Origin: an uncultured Actinomycetota bacterium
Lineage (GTDB): Bacteria; Actinomycetota; Actinomycetes; Actinomycetales; CAWJMD01
Length of the DNA stretch: 64,000 nucleotides
Direction of reading: 5' to 3'
NCBI GenBank assembly: GCA_963845675.1
Contig: CAWJSX010000003.1
Coordinates: forward strand, 88,807 to 152,806
In this document: one piece after another, positions 22,239 through 33,145 of the stretch
How positions within the stretch are numbered: the stretch's first letter is position 1
How the letters are laid out: each line of letters opens with the position of its first letter
Position numbers and translations under genes: made by a program
Notes under the pieces: model-generated
What the model saw: the letters and a program-made list of their open reading frames with translations, nothing else
The model's database searches: none
Told to the model about the DNA's origin: nothing

Positions 22239-22657
22239 CGACGGGGACCTCGCCGACGGTGGGTCAGGCGGATCGAGGACGCGGTCCCGTCCTCGCCGGT
22301 CTGGGCGTCGACCTCGCCGACGAGCGCCTCCAGCACGGCCCAGGCGATGCTGGAGCGTTCCGGCAGCTGGGTCGACGGGCCGCTCACCTCCACCTCCAGC
22401 TCGTCGTCGCTGAGGTGGAACTCGGCGCGCAGACGGTCGCCCTCACCGGCGCCGAGGATGAGCAGCGTGCTGGCCTCGTCGACGGCGATCCGCAGGTCCT
22501 CGATCTCGTCGAGGTCGAGGTCGAGCCGCGCCGCCAGGCCGGCGCAGGCTGTGCGCAGCACCGCGAGGTAGGCGGCGTCGGCGGGGACGACGAGCACCAC
22601 GGGGGCCTCGTGGTCCTCGCGCGTGAGGGAGCCGACCGGCTGTCCGGTGAGCGTCAT
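22235..22657 (-). CDS. anti-sigma factor (RsbW/UshX-like, HATPase_c-like fold)
   Basis: ORF 22235..22720 trimmed to ATG 22657 (MTLTGQPVGSLTREDHEAPVVLVVPADAAYLAVLRTACAGLAARLDLDLDEIEDLRIAVDEA...). It overlaps the sigma gene start (ATGA). Architecture and position match sigma-B-type partner-switching modules. Confidence 0.75.
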   Translation of the reverse strand: MTLTGQPVGSLTREDHEAPVVLVVPADAAYLAVLRTACAGLAARLDLDLDEIEDLRIAVDEASTLLILGAGEGDRLRAEFHLSDDELEVEVSGPSTQLPERSSIAWAVLEALVGEVDAQTGEDGTASSIRLTHRRRGPRR

Positions 22658-23145
22658 GCGTGCGTCCCTCCCCCTGCTGTCCGTTGCAGTGCCTCGCCGT
22701 CGAGGCGGAACACCGTCCACTCATCCTGCGGCACGGCCCCCAGCGAGCGGTAGAAGCCGATCGAGGGTTCGTTCCAGTCCAGCACCCACCACTCGAGTCG
22801 CGGGTAGCCCCGCGCCACGCACTCCGCTGCCAGCGTACGCAGCAGTGCCTGTCCCGCACCCCGGCCCCGCTGGTCGGGCGTCACGTACAGGTCCTCGAGC
22901 CAGATCCCGTGCCGACCCTTCCAGGTCGAGTACGTGACGTACCAGAGCGCCATCCCGACCACGTGGCCCTGGGACTCGGCCACGTGGCAGAAGACGCGTG
23001 GGTCGGGCCCGAACAGGGCGGCGCCGAGGTCCTCGGGCGTGGCCTCGACCGCGTCGGGGGCCCGTTCGTACAGCGCGAGCTCACGGATCAGCGCGTCCAG
23101 CGCCGGGACGTCGGACGGGGCGGCCTCGCGGATCGTGGTGGTCAC
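22654..23145 (-). CDS. GNAT-family N-acetyltransferase
   Basis: ORF 22654..23391 trimmed to GTG 23145 (VTTTIREAAPSDVPALDALIRELALYE...). Acetyl-CoA motif A is VTPDQRGRGAGQALL, and the C-terminal region is FYRSLGA. Confidence 0.85.
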   Translation of the reverse strand: MTTTIREAAPSDVPALDALIRELALYERAPDAVEATPEDLGAALFGPDPRVFCHVAESQGHVVGMALWYVTYSTWKGRHGIWLEDLYVTPDQRGRGAGQALLRTLAAECVARGYPRLEWWVLDWNEPSIGFYRSLGAVPQDEWTVFRLDGEALQRTAGGGTHA

Positions 23146-23855
23146 GCGCTCTCCTGGATGCCGTCGGGACCCGGCGCTCGGGCTGGGCCCGGGTGGGCCA
23201 CCTGGACCATCGTGCTGGTCCCGCGGTGCACCAGCACACCCCGGCCCGGCAGACGGACCTCCCGGCGAGGCAGACGCACCCCCAGCACGTCGCCGTCGGC
23301 AGGTCCGGCTGGGCCGAGGACGAGCCCGGTCCCCGGCCGTCGCAGGTCGACGCACAGCCCGTGGAAGCGGGACAGCAGGTCCGGCGTGCACCCTGCCGCC
23401 ACCACGGTCGGGGCTCCCGCTCCCCGACGGTCGCCGTCGGCCTCGTCGGCCTCGTCGGACGTGTCGGTCGAGTCGGCGACGAGCCGGACCAGGAGGTCTC
23501 CCACGGGGGTCCCGTCCAGACCCTCGACGTCGTCCACCAGCAGCAGCGGCGCCTGCCCCGCTCCCGGGCCGGCCGCGAGGAGTCGCTGCAGGGCCGACGC
23601 CGCGGCGGCGCCGACGCCCGGCACGACGTGCAGGTCGCCCCCGTCCAGGGACGACAGCGGGGAGTGCCCCGGCGTCACGGCGACGACCCGGCGGCCCGCC
23701 CGCGCAGCAGCACGGCCGAGGACGACCAGGGCGGTCGAGCGACCCGACCCGCGGTGCCCCGCCACCAGGTGCACCCGGCTGGCCGGGTCAAGCCCCACGG
23801 GCTGGACCGTGTCGCCGCCCAGACCCAGCGGGAGCACGGTCGGCTCACCGGTCAC
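23142..23855 (-). CDS. FtsK/SpoIIIE-type P-loop domain protein (third, degenerate ATPase domain of the upstream EssC-like protein)
   Basis: ORF 23142..23855 has Walker A HLVAGHRGSGRST and Walker B-like PLLLVDDVE. Its GTG start overlaps the upstream TGA (GTGA at 23852..23855). It is either a genuinely split domain or a further frame break. Confidence 0.6.
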   Translation of the reverse strand: MTGEPTVLPLGLGGDTVQPVGLDPASRVHLVAGHRGSGRSTALVVLGRAAARAGRRVVAVTPGHSPLSSLDGGDLHVVPGVGAAAASALQRLLAAGPGAGQAPLLLVDDVEGLDGTPVGDLLVRLVADSTDTSDEADEADGDRRGAGAPTVVAAGCTPDLLSRFHGLCVDLRRPGTGLVLGPAGPADGDVLGVRLPRREVRLPGRGVLVHRGTSTMVQVAHPGPARAPGPDGIQESA

Positions 23856-26800
23856 GCCGGCGACACGCGGTCGAGCAGGGCGTCGAGGTCGACGCGGTCG
23901 GGCAGTGGAGGGACGGCGGGCGCCGCACCGGGTGGGCGACGGGTTCCCGCCGACAGCGCGGCGAGCGCCGCGTGCTGGGCGGCCCCGCGGGGGTCGTCGT
24001 CGAGCAGCGCCACCTGCACGAGGCGGGGATGCTCGGCGTCACGGCCGCCGACGACCACGCCTCGTCCCGGCGGCCACGGTGTCGGGACGCTCCGGGAGGG
24101 GACGCCGGCCATCACCGCGTCGCCGGTGTCGCTGGTCCGCAGCACGAGCCGTTGTCCCACGAGCGCGCCGAGCCGACCGGTCGCGACCGCCCGCCCTCCG
24201 GTCACGACGCACCGCACCCCCACGGCGGGCCCCCGGGAGAGCAGCTCGAGCACCGCGTCCAGGCGCCGCAGGCCCTCGGTGTCGTCCCAGGACTGATGCA
24301 GCTCGTCCCACCCGTCCACGACCAGCACGATCCAGGGAAGGGCGCCGCCGGTGCGCTGGTACTCGAGCAGGTCGCCGGCCGACGCCCTCGTGAAGAGCTC
24401 CTGGCGTCGCGAGACCTCGGCGAGCAGCCGGCCCAGCAGGCGTCCGGCCCGCTCGCCGTCGTCGCGCGGCACGACGGCACCGACGTGCGGCAGGTCCGTC
24501 AGCGGACCCAGACCCGCGGCGCCGTCGAGCACGTACACCCACCCCTCTGCCGGGGTGCACCGGCCCACGAGGGAGGCGAGCAGAGCACGGACCACCGTGG
24601 TGCGGCCGCTGCGGGAGGCGCCCACGACGCCGAGTGCGCCGTCCACCGCGAGGTCCCAGGAGGCTGCCACCTGGCGCTGTCGCGCCGGGTCGTCGGCGAG
24701 CCCGTAGGTCAGCACGGGGGAGGGCGAGGGCGGTGCGGGCGGGATGGTCCTGGTCGTCAGGAGCTCGGGGAGCGGTGGGAGCCACGGGCTGGGCGCGATG
24801 GCGACGCCCATGTCGCGTGCGGCGGCGCCGACAGCCCGGACGATCCTGGACAGGTCTGCCTCCGCGACGTGCGGCGGTGCCGCGGGACGCGGGGCCGGGT
24901 CGCCGAGGCGTGCCCACTCGAGCCGGCGGACCGAGAACCGCACGTCCGCAGAGCCGGCGGCCACGCCGCCCACCCGCGCGGTCTGGAAGCGCACCGGCTC
25001 CGCCGACCCGACGCGGGCGACCCCTCGACCCGGCGTGCGGTCGCTGATCGTCGCGGCCTCGGAGGTGTCGACGACGTCGATGGAGTCGCCTGGGTGCTGG
25101 ACCCGCAGCGCGAGACGCAGGTTGACGTTGGCCTTGATGTCCGCGCTCACGACGCCCCCCGGGCGTTGCGTCGCGAGCACGAGGTGCACACCGAGGGAGC
25201 GGCCGACGGCGGCCAGGCGGACCAGCCCGGAGATGAAGTCCGGCAGCTCCTCGGCGAGCACGCGGAACTCGTCGATCACCAGGACGAGCCTCGGCAGCGA
25301 AGGCGGCACCTCCTGGCCGGTGGCCCCGACCCGATCGCGCAGGGACTGGTAGTCGGTCAGGTCTGATGCGCCATGGGAGGCGAGAAGCCTCTCACGGCGG
25401 GCGATCTCGGCGCCCAGCGAGTCCAAGGCCCGGGCGGTCAGTCCGGCGTCGAGATCGGTGACGAGCCCCACGGTGTGCGGCAGGCGGGCGCACTCGGCGA
25501 ACGCTGCACCACCCTTGTAGTCGACGAGGACGAACGTCAGCTCGTCCGGTCGGTTGGCGAGTGCCAACCCCGCGATCAGCGTCTGCAGCAGCTCGCTCTT
25601 GCCGGCGCCCGTCGTCCCGGCGACGAGGACGTGGGGCCCGTCGCGCGCGAGGTCCACCACGAACGGGCCACCGGTGGTCGCGCCGAGCACCGTCGTGACA
25701 GCGCGCGGGGACCTGCGCCAGGACGTCGCCACGGCGTCGGCGTCGGTGGCGTCGAGGTCGAGCTGGTCGAGCAGACGGACGGTGTCGGGGAGACCGGCCC
25801 CGGCGACCGGGGTGGCGTCGCGCAGCGGGGCGAGGCCCCGGGCCAGGCGCTGCGCCCAGCGGTCCGCGACGAGGTCGGCGACGACGTCGTCGACGGGTTC
25901 GGCTGCGTCGGGGACGGCTGCGTCCGGGCCCGTCGTCACGCGCAGCCGCGTGGCCACCTCGCCTCCGACCTGCACCGTCCCACGGCACTCGACGGGGAGC
26001 CGGGAGGCAGCACTCGTCCAGGCACAGGACCGAGACGCCGACCGACCGGACCGAGCTCGAGCAGCCGTGCCACACCGGGCAGGGTGCGCAGGTGCTGTGA
26101 GCCGTCGAGGACCACGACCACGTGCGGCAAGGTGCCGACCCGGGTCTCGTGGTGGTGGGTGCCACGGTCGGCGAGGCGAGCGTCGAGCAGCGCCTCCAGC
26201 TCGGCGACGCGGCTCCTGGCCTGCTCCTCGTCCACGCCGATGAGCGCTTGGGCCGGGAGTGGGCGGGACCGCTGCCCGGGAGCAGGTGGGGGAGCCACGC
26301 GGTCCAGGTCCAGTCGGCGCGGTCCCCGGTGACCAGGAGGACCAGCGAGACGTGACGGGGCGAGTGCAGGGTCGCGACCTGGCCCACCAGAGAGCGCGCC
26401 AGCGAGACGACCCGGGGCCTCGGGCCCGCCACCCCGACGACCCCCAGGTCGGTCAGCGACACGGTGACGGGCACGTCGTGCACGAGGGGACGCTCCGGGC
26501 CCTCACGCCCGGTCGAAGGTTCGTGGAGCGCGACCCGCGACGGGAGGTCGGCCGTCCCGAGGCGCAACGAGAGGAAGTCGGGGTCGCCAGGGCTGCGCTC
26601 CCAGACCCGTTGCAGCGCACCGGTGGCGACCTGCAACAGCTCGGCGGCGTCGGGTGCTGACGCCCGTCGGCGAAGCTGCTCGGTCCTGAGGGCGTCGCGG
26701 ACGGTGCCCGTCGCACGCGCGAGCTCGGTCTCGTACGCCGCCACGGCTGCGCGGTGGTCGGACCGGCCGGTGAGACGGTCGCTCAGGAGGTTGCCCAGGA

Positions 26801-27599
26801 TCATCAGCGGGGAGAACAGGCCGATCAGCAAGGCGTAGGGGGAGCGCAGCACCAGCGCCAGCGGCACCGCGAGCAGAAGCGGGAGCACCAGCGCGACGAG
26901 GGGGATCCGGGCTGTGCTCCGAGGCGGCGGCGCAGCAGGAAGGTGGACGGCGACAGGCTGTGGCGCCTGCTGTGTGCGGGGGGAACGGTTGACCTGGACC
27001 ACCCCGTCCTGGACGTGCGCCGCCGCGGCCCGGCCGTCGGGGACCCGCAGCGTCAGCGTCGTGGACCCGAGCAGCACGCGTGACGCCTCGGTCACCGGCG
27101 TCGACGACCCGGTGAGCCAGGCTCCGTCGACCCGTGTGCCGTTCGTCGACCCCAGGTCGCGCACCGTGACCCCGCCCGACGTGACCTCCAGCTCGGCGTG
27201 CACACGGGAGATGTCCGGGTCGTCCACGGTCAGGTCCGCCTGTGCGGACCGCCCGATCCGGTGGGTTCCAGGGGCCAGCCGGTGCACCTGCCCGGCGTCG
27301 GGTCCGCCGACCGTGTGCAGCTCGAGGAAGCCCCCGGTCGCGCCCCTCGCGCGTCCCGGGGCACCGCCGGGGAGCCCGACGCTGAGGAGGGCACCGTCCA
27401 GCAGGGGTCCCGACCCCAGGAGGACGCCGTCCTCGAGCTCGTCGCCGTCGACGTGCAGCGGCGTGCCCGCCCCGGCGCCGACCGCGCCGAGCAGGTGATC
27501 GCGCACGTCGGCCACCGTCGTGCCGGGGCAGGCCTCCACGACCACGTCGACCAGCGCACCGGCGCGCGCCGTGTCCAGCACGCTCAGCCTCAGCCTCAC
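23852..27599 (-). pseudogene. FHA-domain FtsK/SpoIIIE-family ATPase (EssC/EccC-like: FHA - 2 TM - ATPase D1 - ATPase D2), three frame breaks
   Basis: GTG 27599. FHA domain: HRIGRSAQADLTVDDPDISRVHAELEV...VRDLGSTNGTRVDG. TM pair: IPLVALVLPLLLAVPLALVL / LLIGLFSPLMILGNLL. D1 Walker A is VLVAGTTGAGKSELL with LVLVIDEF. D2 is GVVGASRSGRTT. Frames change near 26290, 26045 and 26005 (ORFs 25392..27791, 25936..26298, 23852..25975). Confidence 0.8.
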
Positions 27600-27838
27600 C
27601 CGTGCACCGCCCCCGCCACCGCGCCATCGTGGCAGCGGGCACGGACGGCGCGCCGGAGTCGTCAGCGTCCCTGTGGACAACTCGGACGGCATCGCGGAAC
27701 ACGGGAGGTCCACGGTCCGTCCAGCGGGCGGACGGTGGGCAGCACGACGGCCCCTCGATAGCATCGGCCTGTGGGCGCCGGTCGTCCGCATCCAGCAACG
27801 GGGGCGGGAACGCCTCCTCGACGAAGTGGAGTGCCAAC

Positions 27839-28420
27839 GTGGGAGTGAGCCTCAGCAAGGGCGGGAACGTCTCGCTGACGAAGGAGGCTGGCGCCGCCGG
27901 TCTGAGCGCCGTGACCGTGGGGCTGGGCTGGGACGTGCGCAGCACCACCGGCGTCGACTTCGACCTGGACGCGTCGGCGATCGGGTGCGACGCCAACGGC
28001 AAGGTCGTGTCCGACCAGCACTTCGTGTTCTTCAACAACCTGCGCAGCCCGGACGGCTCGATCGAGCACACCGGCGACAACCTCACCGGCGAGGGCGAGG
28101 GCGACGACGAGCAGATCAAGGTCAACGTGTCCGGCGCGCCGGCCGAGATCGACAAGATCGTCTTCCCGGTCTCGATCTACGACGCCGACAACCGGCAGCA
28201 GAACTTCGGCCAGGTGCGGAACGCGTTCATCCGCGTCGTGAACCAGGTCAACGGGTCCGAGCTCGCCCGGTACGACCTCACCGAGGACGCGTCGACCGAG
28301 ACCGCGATGGTCTTCGGCGAGCTGTACCGGTCGGGCGGCGAGTGGAAGTTCCGGGCCGTCGGCCAGGGCTACGCGACCGGGCTGTCGGGCATCGCGCGCG
28401 ACTTCGGCGTGAACGTCTGA
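27839..28420 (+). CDS. terD: TerD-family stress (tellurite-resistance type) protein
   Basis: GTG 27839 within ORF 27602..28420: (M)[17 protein letters not shown]...[23 protein letters not shown]...[19 protein letters not shown]...[10 protein letters not shown]...[20 protein letters not shown]. This is the canonical TerD sequence pattern including the Ca-binding GDN/DDE motifs. Confidence 0.9.
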   Translation: MGVSLSKGGNVSLTKEAGAAGLSAVTVGLGWDVRSTTGVDFDLDASAIGCDANGKVVSDQHFVFFNNLRSPDGSIEHTGDNLTGEGEGDDEQIKVNVSGAPAEIDKIVFPVSIYDADNRQQNFGQVRNAFIRVVNQVNGSELARYDLTEDASTETAMVFGELYRSGGEWKFRAVGQGYATGLSGIARDFGVNV

Positions 28421-28501
28421 CGGTCACCACCGCCTGACACGCACGAGGGCCCGGCCACCACCTGGTGGCCGGGCCCTCGTGCGTCCGGGGTGCCTGGCGT
28501 C

Positions 28502-29670
28502 CTAGACCGTGACGTGCGGGTGGTCGTGCGTCGGGCTCTCGCGGTCGAGACGCTTGTTGCGCATCACGGAGTTGACGAACGAGGCGACGATGAAGGCCAC
28601 GCCGATGAGGCCGGTGACGACCTCTGGGATCTCGTACTTGACCGTGATCAGGAGGATCACGGCCAGCGCGCCGATGGCCCAGTGGGCGCCGTGCTCCAGG
28701 TAGATGTACTCGTCCAGCGTGCCCTTGCGCACGAGGTAGACGGTCAGCGACCGGATCCAGAAGGCACCGACGCCCAGGCCGATCATGATGATGAAGATGT
28801 CCTGGGTGATCGCGAAGGCCCCGATCACGCCGTCGAAGGAGAAGGACGCGTCCAGGACCTCGAGGTAGAGGAACAGGAAGAGGCCCGCCCGGCCGGTGGC
28901 CAGGGCGGCCGTACTCGGACCCGACCGACCGTGGCGGTGGCGGTGGCGGTCGCGGTGGCGGTCGCGGCGGCGGGCGCCGGCTGCTCCAGGGCACCCGCCG
29001 CCTCGTCGTCCACCTCGCCCTCGTCGTGACCGGCCTCGAACAGGTTGCCCAGCCCGTTGACGAGCAGGTAGGTGACGACGCCGAGCACGCCGGAGATCAG
29101 GACCTGGCCGAAGTGCTCCTCGTCCGCGAAGGCCATGGCCGAGGCCGTGAGGGCGGTCAGCGCGATGACGACGGCCAGCTGGTCGAGCTTGCCGATCCGG
29201 TTGAGCGGCTCCTCGAGCCAGTTGAGCCAGTGGATGTCGCGGTCCTCGAAGAGCCACTCCAGGAACAGCATCATGAGGAACATGCCGCCGAAGCCGGCGA
29301 TGGCCGGGTGGGCGTCGTTGACGAGGTTGGCGTAGGTGCCGGGGGTCTCGATGTCGCCGCCCGCGATGGCGAGGTCGACCGCGGCGACGGGCGAGATCCC
29401 CGCCGTCGTCGCCACCAGCAGCACCGGGAAGACCAGCCGCATGCCGAAGACGGCGATGAGGATGCCGATGGTGAGGAAGATCTTCTGCCAGAACTCGCTC
29501 ATCCGCTTCAGGACCTTGGCGTTGACCACGGCGTTGTCGAACGAGAGCGAGACCTCGAGGACGATGAGGACGAAGACGACCAGGAAGCCGTTGAGGTCGA
29601 AGAGCAGGAACGAGGCGACGAGCGCGATCAGCGTCGTGGCGCCGGAGAAGCCGAAGGTTCGCAGGAGCAC
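28502..29670 (-). pseudogene. DUF475 (TerC-related) integral membrane protein, one frame break at a hexanucleotide repeat
   Basis: N-half in ORF 28825..29670 (LEVSLSFDNAVVNAKVL). C-half in ORF 28502..30367 (LEVLDASFSFDGVIGAFAIT...). The duplicated DUF475 signature is present. The junction ...ATATATATATAT / GRSGPSTAALATGRAGLFLFLYLEV lies at about 28915-28935. Confidence 0.8.
28931..28972. repeat. imperfect hexanucleotide repeat (GTSGCG)x7 inside the DUF475 gene
   Basis: Read directly: gtggcg gtggcg gtggcg gtcgcg gtggcg gtcgcg gcggcg. It encodes (Ala-Thr)n on the minus strand and abuts the frame break. Confidence 0.9.
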
Positions 29671-29775
29671 CGTCTGGTCCTTGTCGTCGTGTGGGTCGTC
29701 GTGCGGGTCGTCGTCCGGGGGCAGGCTCCCGGGGTCGTACGGAGGCCGGGCACGCGGCCCGGCTCCGGGGTGAGC

Positions 29776-30596
29776 CTACCCGCGGGGTCCGACCGCGCCG
29801 ACCGAGCGCAGCAGCCAGCGCACCAGCTCCTCGCCGCCGAGGACACCTGGGGCTCCGGTCACGTGGAGCCCCGGTGTCGTCCACGCCGCGGACGCGAGCT
29901 CGCCCTGGGCGGGCCGCACCGCCAGGTCGGCGACCTCGAGCAGCTCGCCGTCGAGCAGGGAGTCCCCGGCGGCGACCAGCGTGCCGGCGCCGGTCCGCCG
30001 CTGCACCTCCCGGGCAGCGGCCGACTTCGTCAGGGGACGGGGGACGCAGTACACCTTGCGGCCCTGCAGCGACAGGCCCCAGCCGCGCTCGTCGCACCAC
30101 GCGGCGAGGTCGTCCAGCCAGCCGGCCGGGACGCCGTCGCGGTCCACCACGCTGTAGACGAAGAGGTCGGACGCGACGCGCAACGACTGCACGAACGGCC
30201 CGCGACCCGCTCGACGTGACGGTGCACCTCGTCGACCGGGGCGCATCCGTCGAGCGACCCCTTGACGTGCACGGACCAGTCCTCGTCGACCACGCCGTCG
30301 ACCAGCAGGTGGCCGCCGTTGCTGGCGATGGCGTACCGCGCCGGGGTCGGGCCGGGCAGGTGGACACGGGCCAGCTGTGCCGGCGTGCGGGTCGTGGTCG
30401 GCACCAGGACCGTGGCCGCGGCCAGCTCCACCAGCAGGTCGGCGGCCGTCTCGGTGACGAACGACAGCGGCGCGCCCCGGTAGACCTCGACGCACAGCAG
30501 CCGGGGCGCGTCGACGTCCTCGCAGGGCAGCAGCAGGGCGCCGGGGGAGTAGATCACCGTGCGGTCGAGGTCGACGCAGGTGACGTGCCCGCTCAC
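29776..30596 (-). pseudogene. HAD-family phosphatase of the ter-associated biosynthetic operon, one frame break
   Basis: GTG 30596 overlaps the upstream stop (GTGA). HAD motif I is VTCVDLDRTVIY (ORF 30030..30716 frame). C-terminal motifs are GTLVAAGDSLLDGELLEVADLAV (ORF 29776..30495 frame). The junction ...HVERVAG / PFVQSLRVASDLF lies near 30200. Confidence 0.7.
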
Positions 30597-31722
30597 CCCT
30601 CGCCGCCGGACCGCGGCTCGATCAGCCCGACACAGCTGTAGGACAGGTCGGCGACCGCCTCGACCGGCACGCCGCGCTGGCGCGCGAGGTGCAGCACGTG
30701 CGGCAGCTCGGCCCACGCGCTGGGTCGCACCAGCACGCGCTCGGGCACGCGACGCAGGAGCACCCGGGTGGTCTCGCCGACGCCGGGCTTGACGAGGTTG
30801 ACCTCACCGATCCCGTACCGCTCGCTGATGCGCTCGACGGCGGCCCAGCCCTCCCACGTCGGCTGCCGGTCGACCGGCGGCGACCGCGGGCCACGTGGCC
30901 CCGACCTCGGGTCCGCACGGCGGCGAAGTACTCGCTGACCGCGTCGAGATAGGCGTTCGAGACGTCGCTCGCCGGCCAGGTCGGAGTAGAACTTGGCACC
31001 GTGGAAGTCGTGCGGGCCGATCAGGGAGTCGTTCAGCACGGTGCGCGAGACCAGGCCGGAGACGGTCGAGTTCAGGCACGCGGACGGGATGAGGAAGTCG
31101 TCGCGCGTCCCGAAGCGTCCGCACGCAGCGACCGGGATCGGCGAGCACCGCGAGGTCGTCGACGAAGACGACGCCGGTTGTCCGTGCGTGCTCGGCCAGC
31201 GCGGCGGTCAGCTCGCGGGCGATGGCGCCCTTGCCCGTCCACCCGTCCACGAAGACGACGTCGGACGGATCGTGGTGCGTGCTGAGGTACCGCAGCGCGA
31301 CCTGGTCGATGCCGCGGCCGCGGACGATGGACAGCGTGTAGTGGGCGGGCTCGATGCCGTGGGTCTGCACGAGCCACCGGCGGATGAGGATCCCGACCGG
31401 CGTCCCGGCGCGCGCGAGGGACGCGAGCGCCAGGTCCGGTCCGCGCTCCGCCAGCAGGATCTCGCCGACGACGCCGACAGCGACCGCGATGCGGCGCGCT
31501 GCGTCGGCGACGGCGACGTGGAAGAGACGCTGGTACTCGGCGTCGGGCTGTACTCCTGCGGCAGCGACTCCGCGTAGTGGGCGCGTCCGGACTGGATCGC
31601 CGCCTCGCGCTCGGCGGTCGGGGCCTCGAGCCGGGCGTGCGGAGACGTCCTTGAGCAGCCACGTCACCTCATGGGCGGCGTACGAGCCGAACGCCGGACC
31701 GTGCAGGGGCTGCGGGAGGCTC
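30593..31722 (-). pseudogene. StiP-like protein (PRTase-associated, C-terminal PELOTA-like RNA-binding domain), about five frame breaks
   Basis: Fragments are spread over three frames: PLHGPAFGSYAAHEVTWLLKDVS; ARLEAPTAEREAAIQSGRAHYAESL; EYQRLFHVAVADAARRIAVAVG...FVDGWTGKGAI...; NDSLIGPHDFHGAKFYSDLAG; DVSNAYLDAVSEYF; TWEGWAAVERISERYGIGEVNLVKPGVGETTRVLLRRVP.... Breaks lie near 31640, 31555, 31120, 30965 and 30900. The start position is uncertain. Confidence 0.65.
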
Positions 31723-33145
31723 GTGCGCGGACGGGCGGGACGACGGTCCGGTGACGGGGAGCACGGCCAGCACGACCTCCGGGGTGGCGGTGTCGAGGGC
31801 GGCGACGAGCCCTCCGGGTGACGCCAGCGCGGAGGTGTCCGCGGGGGCGTCGGTGACGACGAGGACCCGGTCGAACCTCGCGCCCTCGACCGGAGACGTT
31901 GTAGGCGAAGCGGTCTCCGTCCGGTTCGTCGTGGGCCGCGAAGCGCACGACCGAGCGGAGCGCGTACCCCTCGTCGTCGACGGCGACGGCCGGCGACCGG
32001 GTGGTGGTGGAGAACCGCACGTCGAGGTCGGGACGTGCGTCCGCCCACGCCTCGGCGAGGTGGAGGGGCGCCGCCATCAGCTCCTCGGTGCCGAGCACGA
32101 GCACCCGGCTGCCCGCGGCGACGGGGGGACCGCCAGCGTCGAGACGGGCCGCGACCTCGGGAACCGTGGCGCTCCAGGCCCGGTGGACCTCGGGGCCGAC
32201 GCCGTGGCGTCCCCCCTCGGGCAGGCCGGGTGGCCAGCCGACGTCGATGCGGTGGACCCGGCCGGACGATGCCGTTGCAGCAGAGGGCTTCCCGCCGGAT
32301 GCCACCTCAGCCACCAGGTCGGCGCCACGACGTAGGGCGTCCGGCGGGAGGTCGACGGTGCCCCTGACGAGCGACACGACGTCGACGTGGGCGCCGAGAG
32401 CCGCCACGGCGGTCACGAGGCGCTGGCCGTCCTCCTCCGAGCGCAGGTCGACGAGCGTCGCGACGACGTAGCGACGGCGCGGGGACACCTCGTGCAGGGC
32501 CGAGATGGTGTTGAGCACCGTCGAGCCGGTGGAGAGCTCGTCGTCCACGAGGACCAGGGGGCGGTCGCGCGTCACCAGAGCCGGGTCGGCGGGCAGCAGC
32601 AGGTGGCTCGTCGCGTGGGAGTGCGACTCCTCGAACGCCCCGAGCACGTCCACACCCGGCACCGGGCGTCGCGTCGAGTGCAGGTAGTCGGCGCGGCCGA
32701 GGGCAACGGCCACGTCGTGCCCCAGCGCCGTGGCGGTCTCCGCGTAGCCGAGGACGGCCGCGTCGACGCCGCCGCCCCCGGTCGCCGCGACCACCGTGTC
32801 GCGCAGCGCGACGGCAGCACCGGGCTCGTCGTCCAGCGCTCGGCGGACGAGCCTGCCGAGGTGCGTGCGTGCGGCGTCGTCCCCGAGGGAGAAGTCGTCG
32901 TCCAGCACCTCGCGGACGAGGGCGCCGAGCAGCAGCGCCGCACCGCGCACCAGCCTGGGGTCTGTCGGCACGTGCTTGGCCAGCACTCGCGAGACGAGCA
33001 GGTGCGCCCGGCGAGGGTTGCGCCGGACCGCGAGCCCGACGAGGTCGTCCAGGGCGAGGCCGACGGGGGAGACGGTCGTGCGCAGCCGCACGTCCAGCCT
33101 GTCGGCGACCCAGGTGCCCGTCCAGGTCCTCGTTCCGGCCGTCAC
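31669..33145 (-). pseudogene. phosphoribosyltransferase-domain protein (ter-associated PRTase with C-terminal TRSP-like domain), at least one frame break
   Basis: GTG 33145 overlaps the HpcH stop (GTGA). The PRPP-binding loop is RPLVLVDDELSTGSTVLN in ORF 31664..33766. After ...DRFAYNVS the sensible continuation (VEGARFDRVLVVTDAPADTSALASPGGLVAALDTATPEVVLAVLPVTGP) is in another frame, with the break near 31885. The 3-prime end and the boundary with StiP are unresolved. Confidence 0.7.

Noticed and set aside
22660-25366. Long plus-strand ORFs 22660..24393, 22934..25366 and 22998..24296
   Set aside because: They are antisense to the GNAT and FtsK/SpoIIIE genes, Arg/Pro-rich and without motifs. 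These are shadow ORFs.
30593-33145. Programmed ribosomal frameshifting as an explanation for the multiple frame changes in StiP, PRTase and other genes
   Set aside because: There are too many events. Both +1 and -1 directions are needed, and I saw no consistent slippery heptamer or downstream structure. Indels, whether error or mutation, are far more parsimonious.
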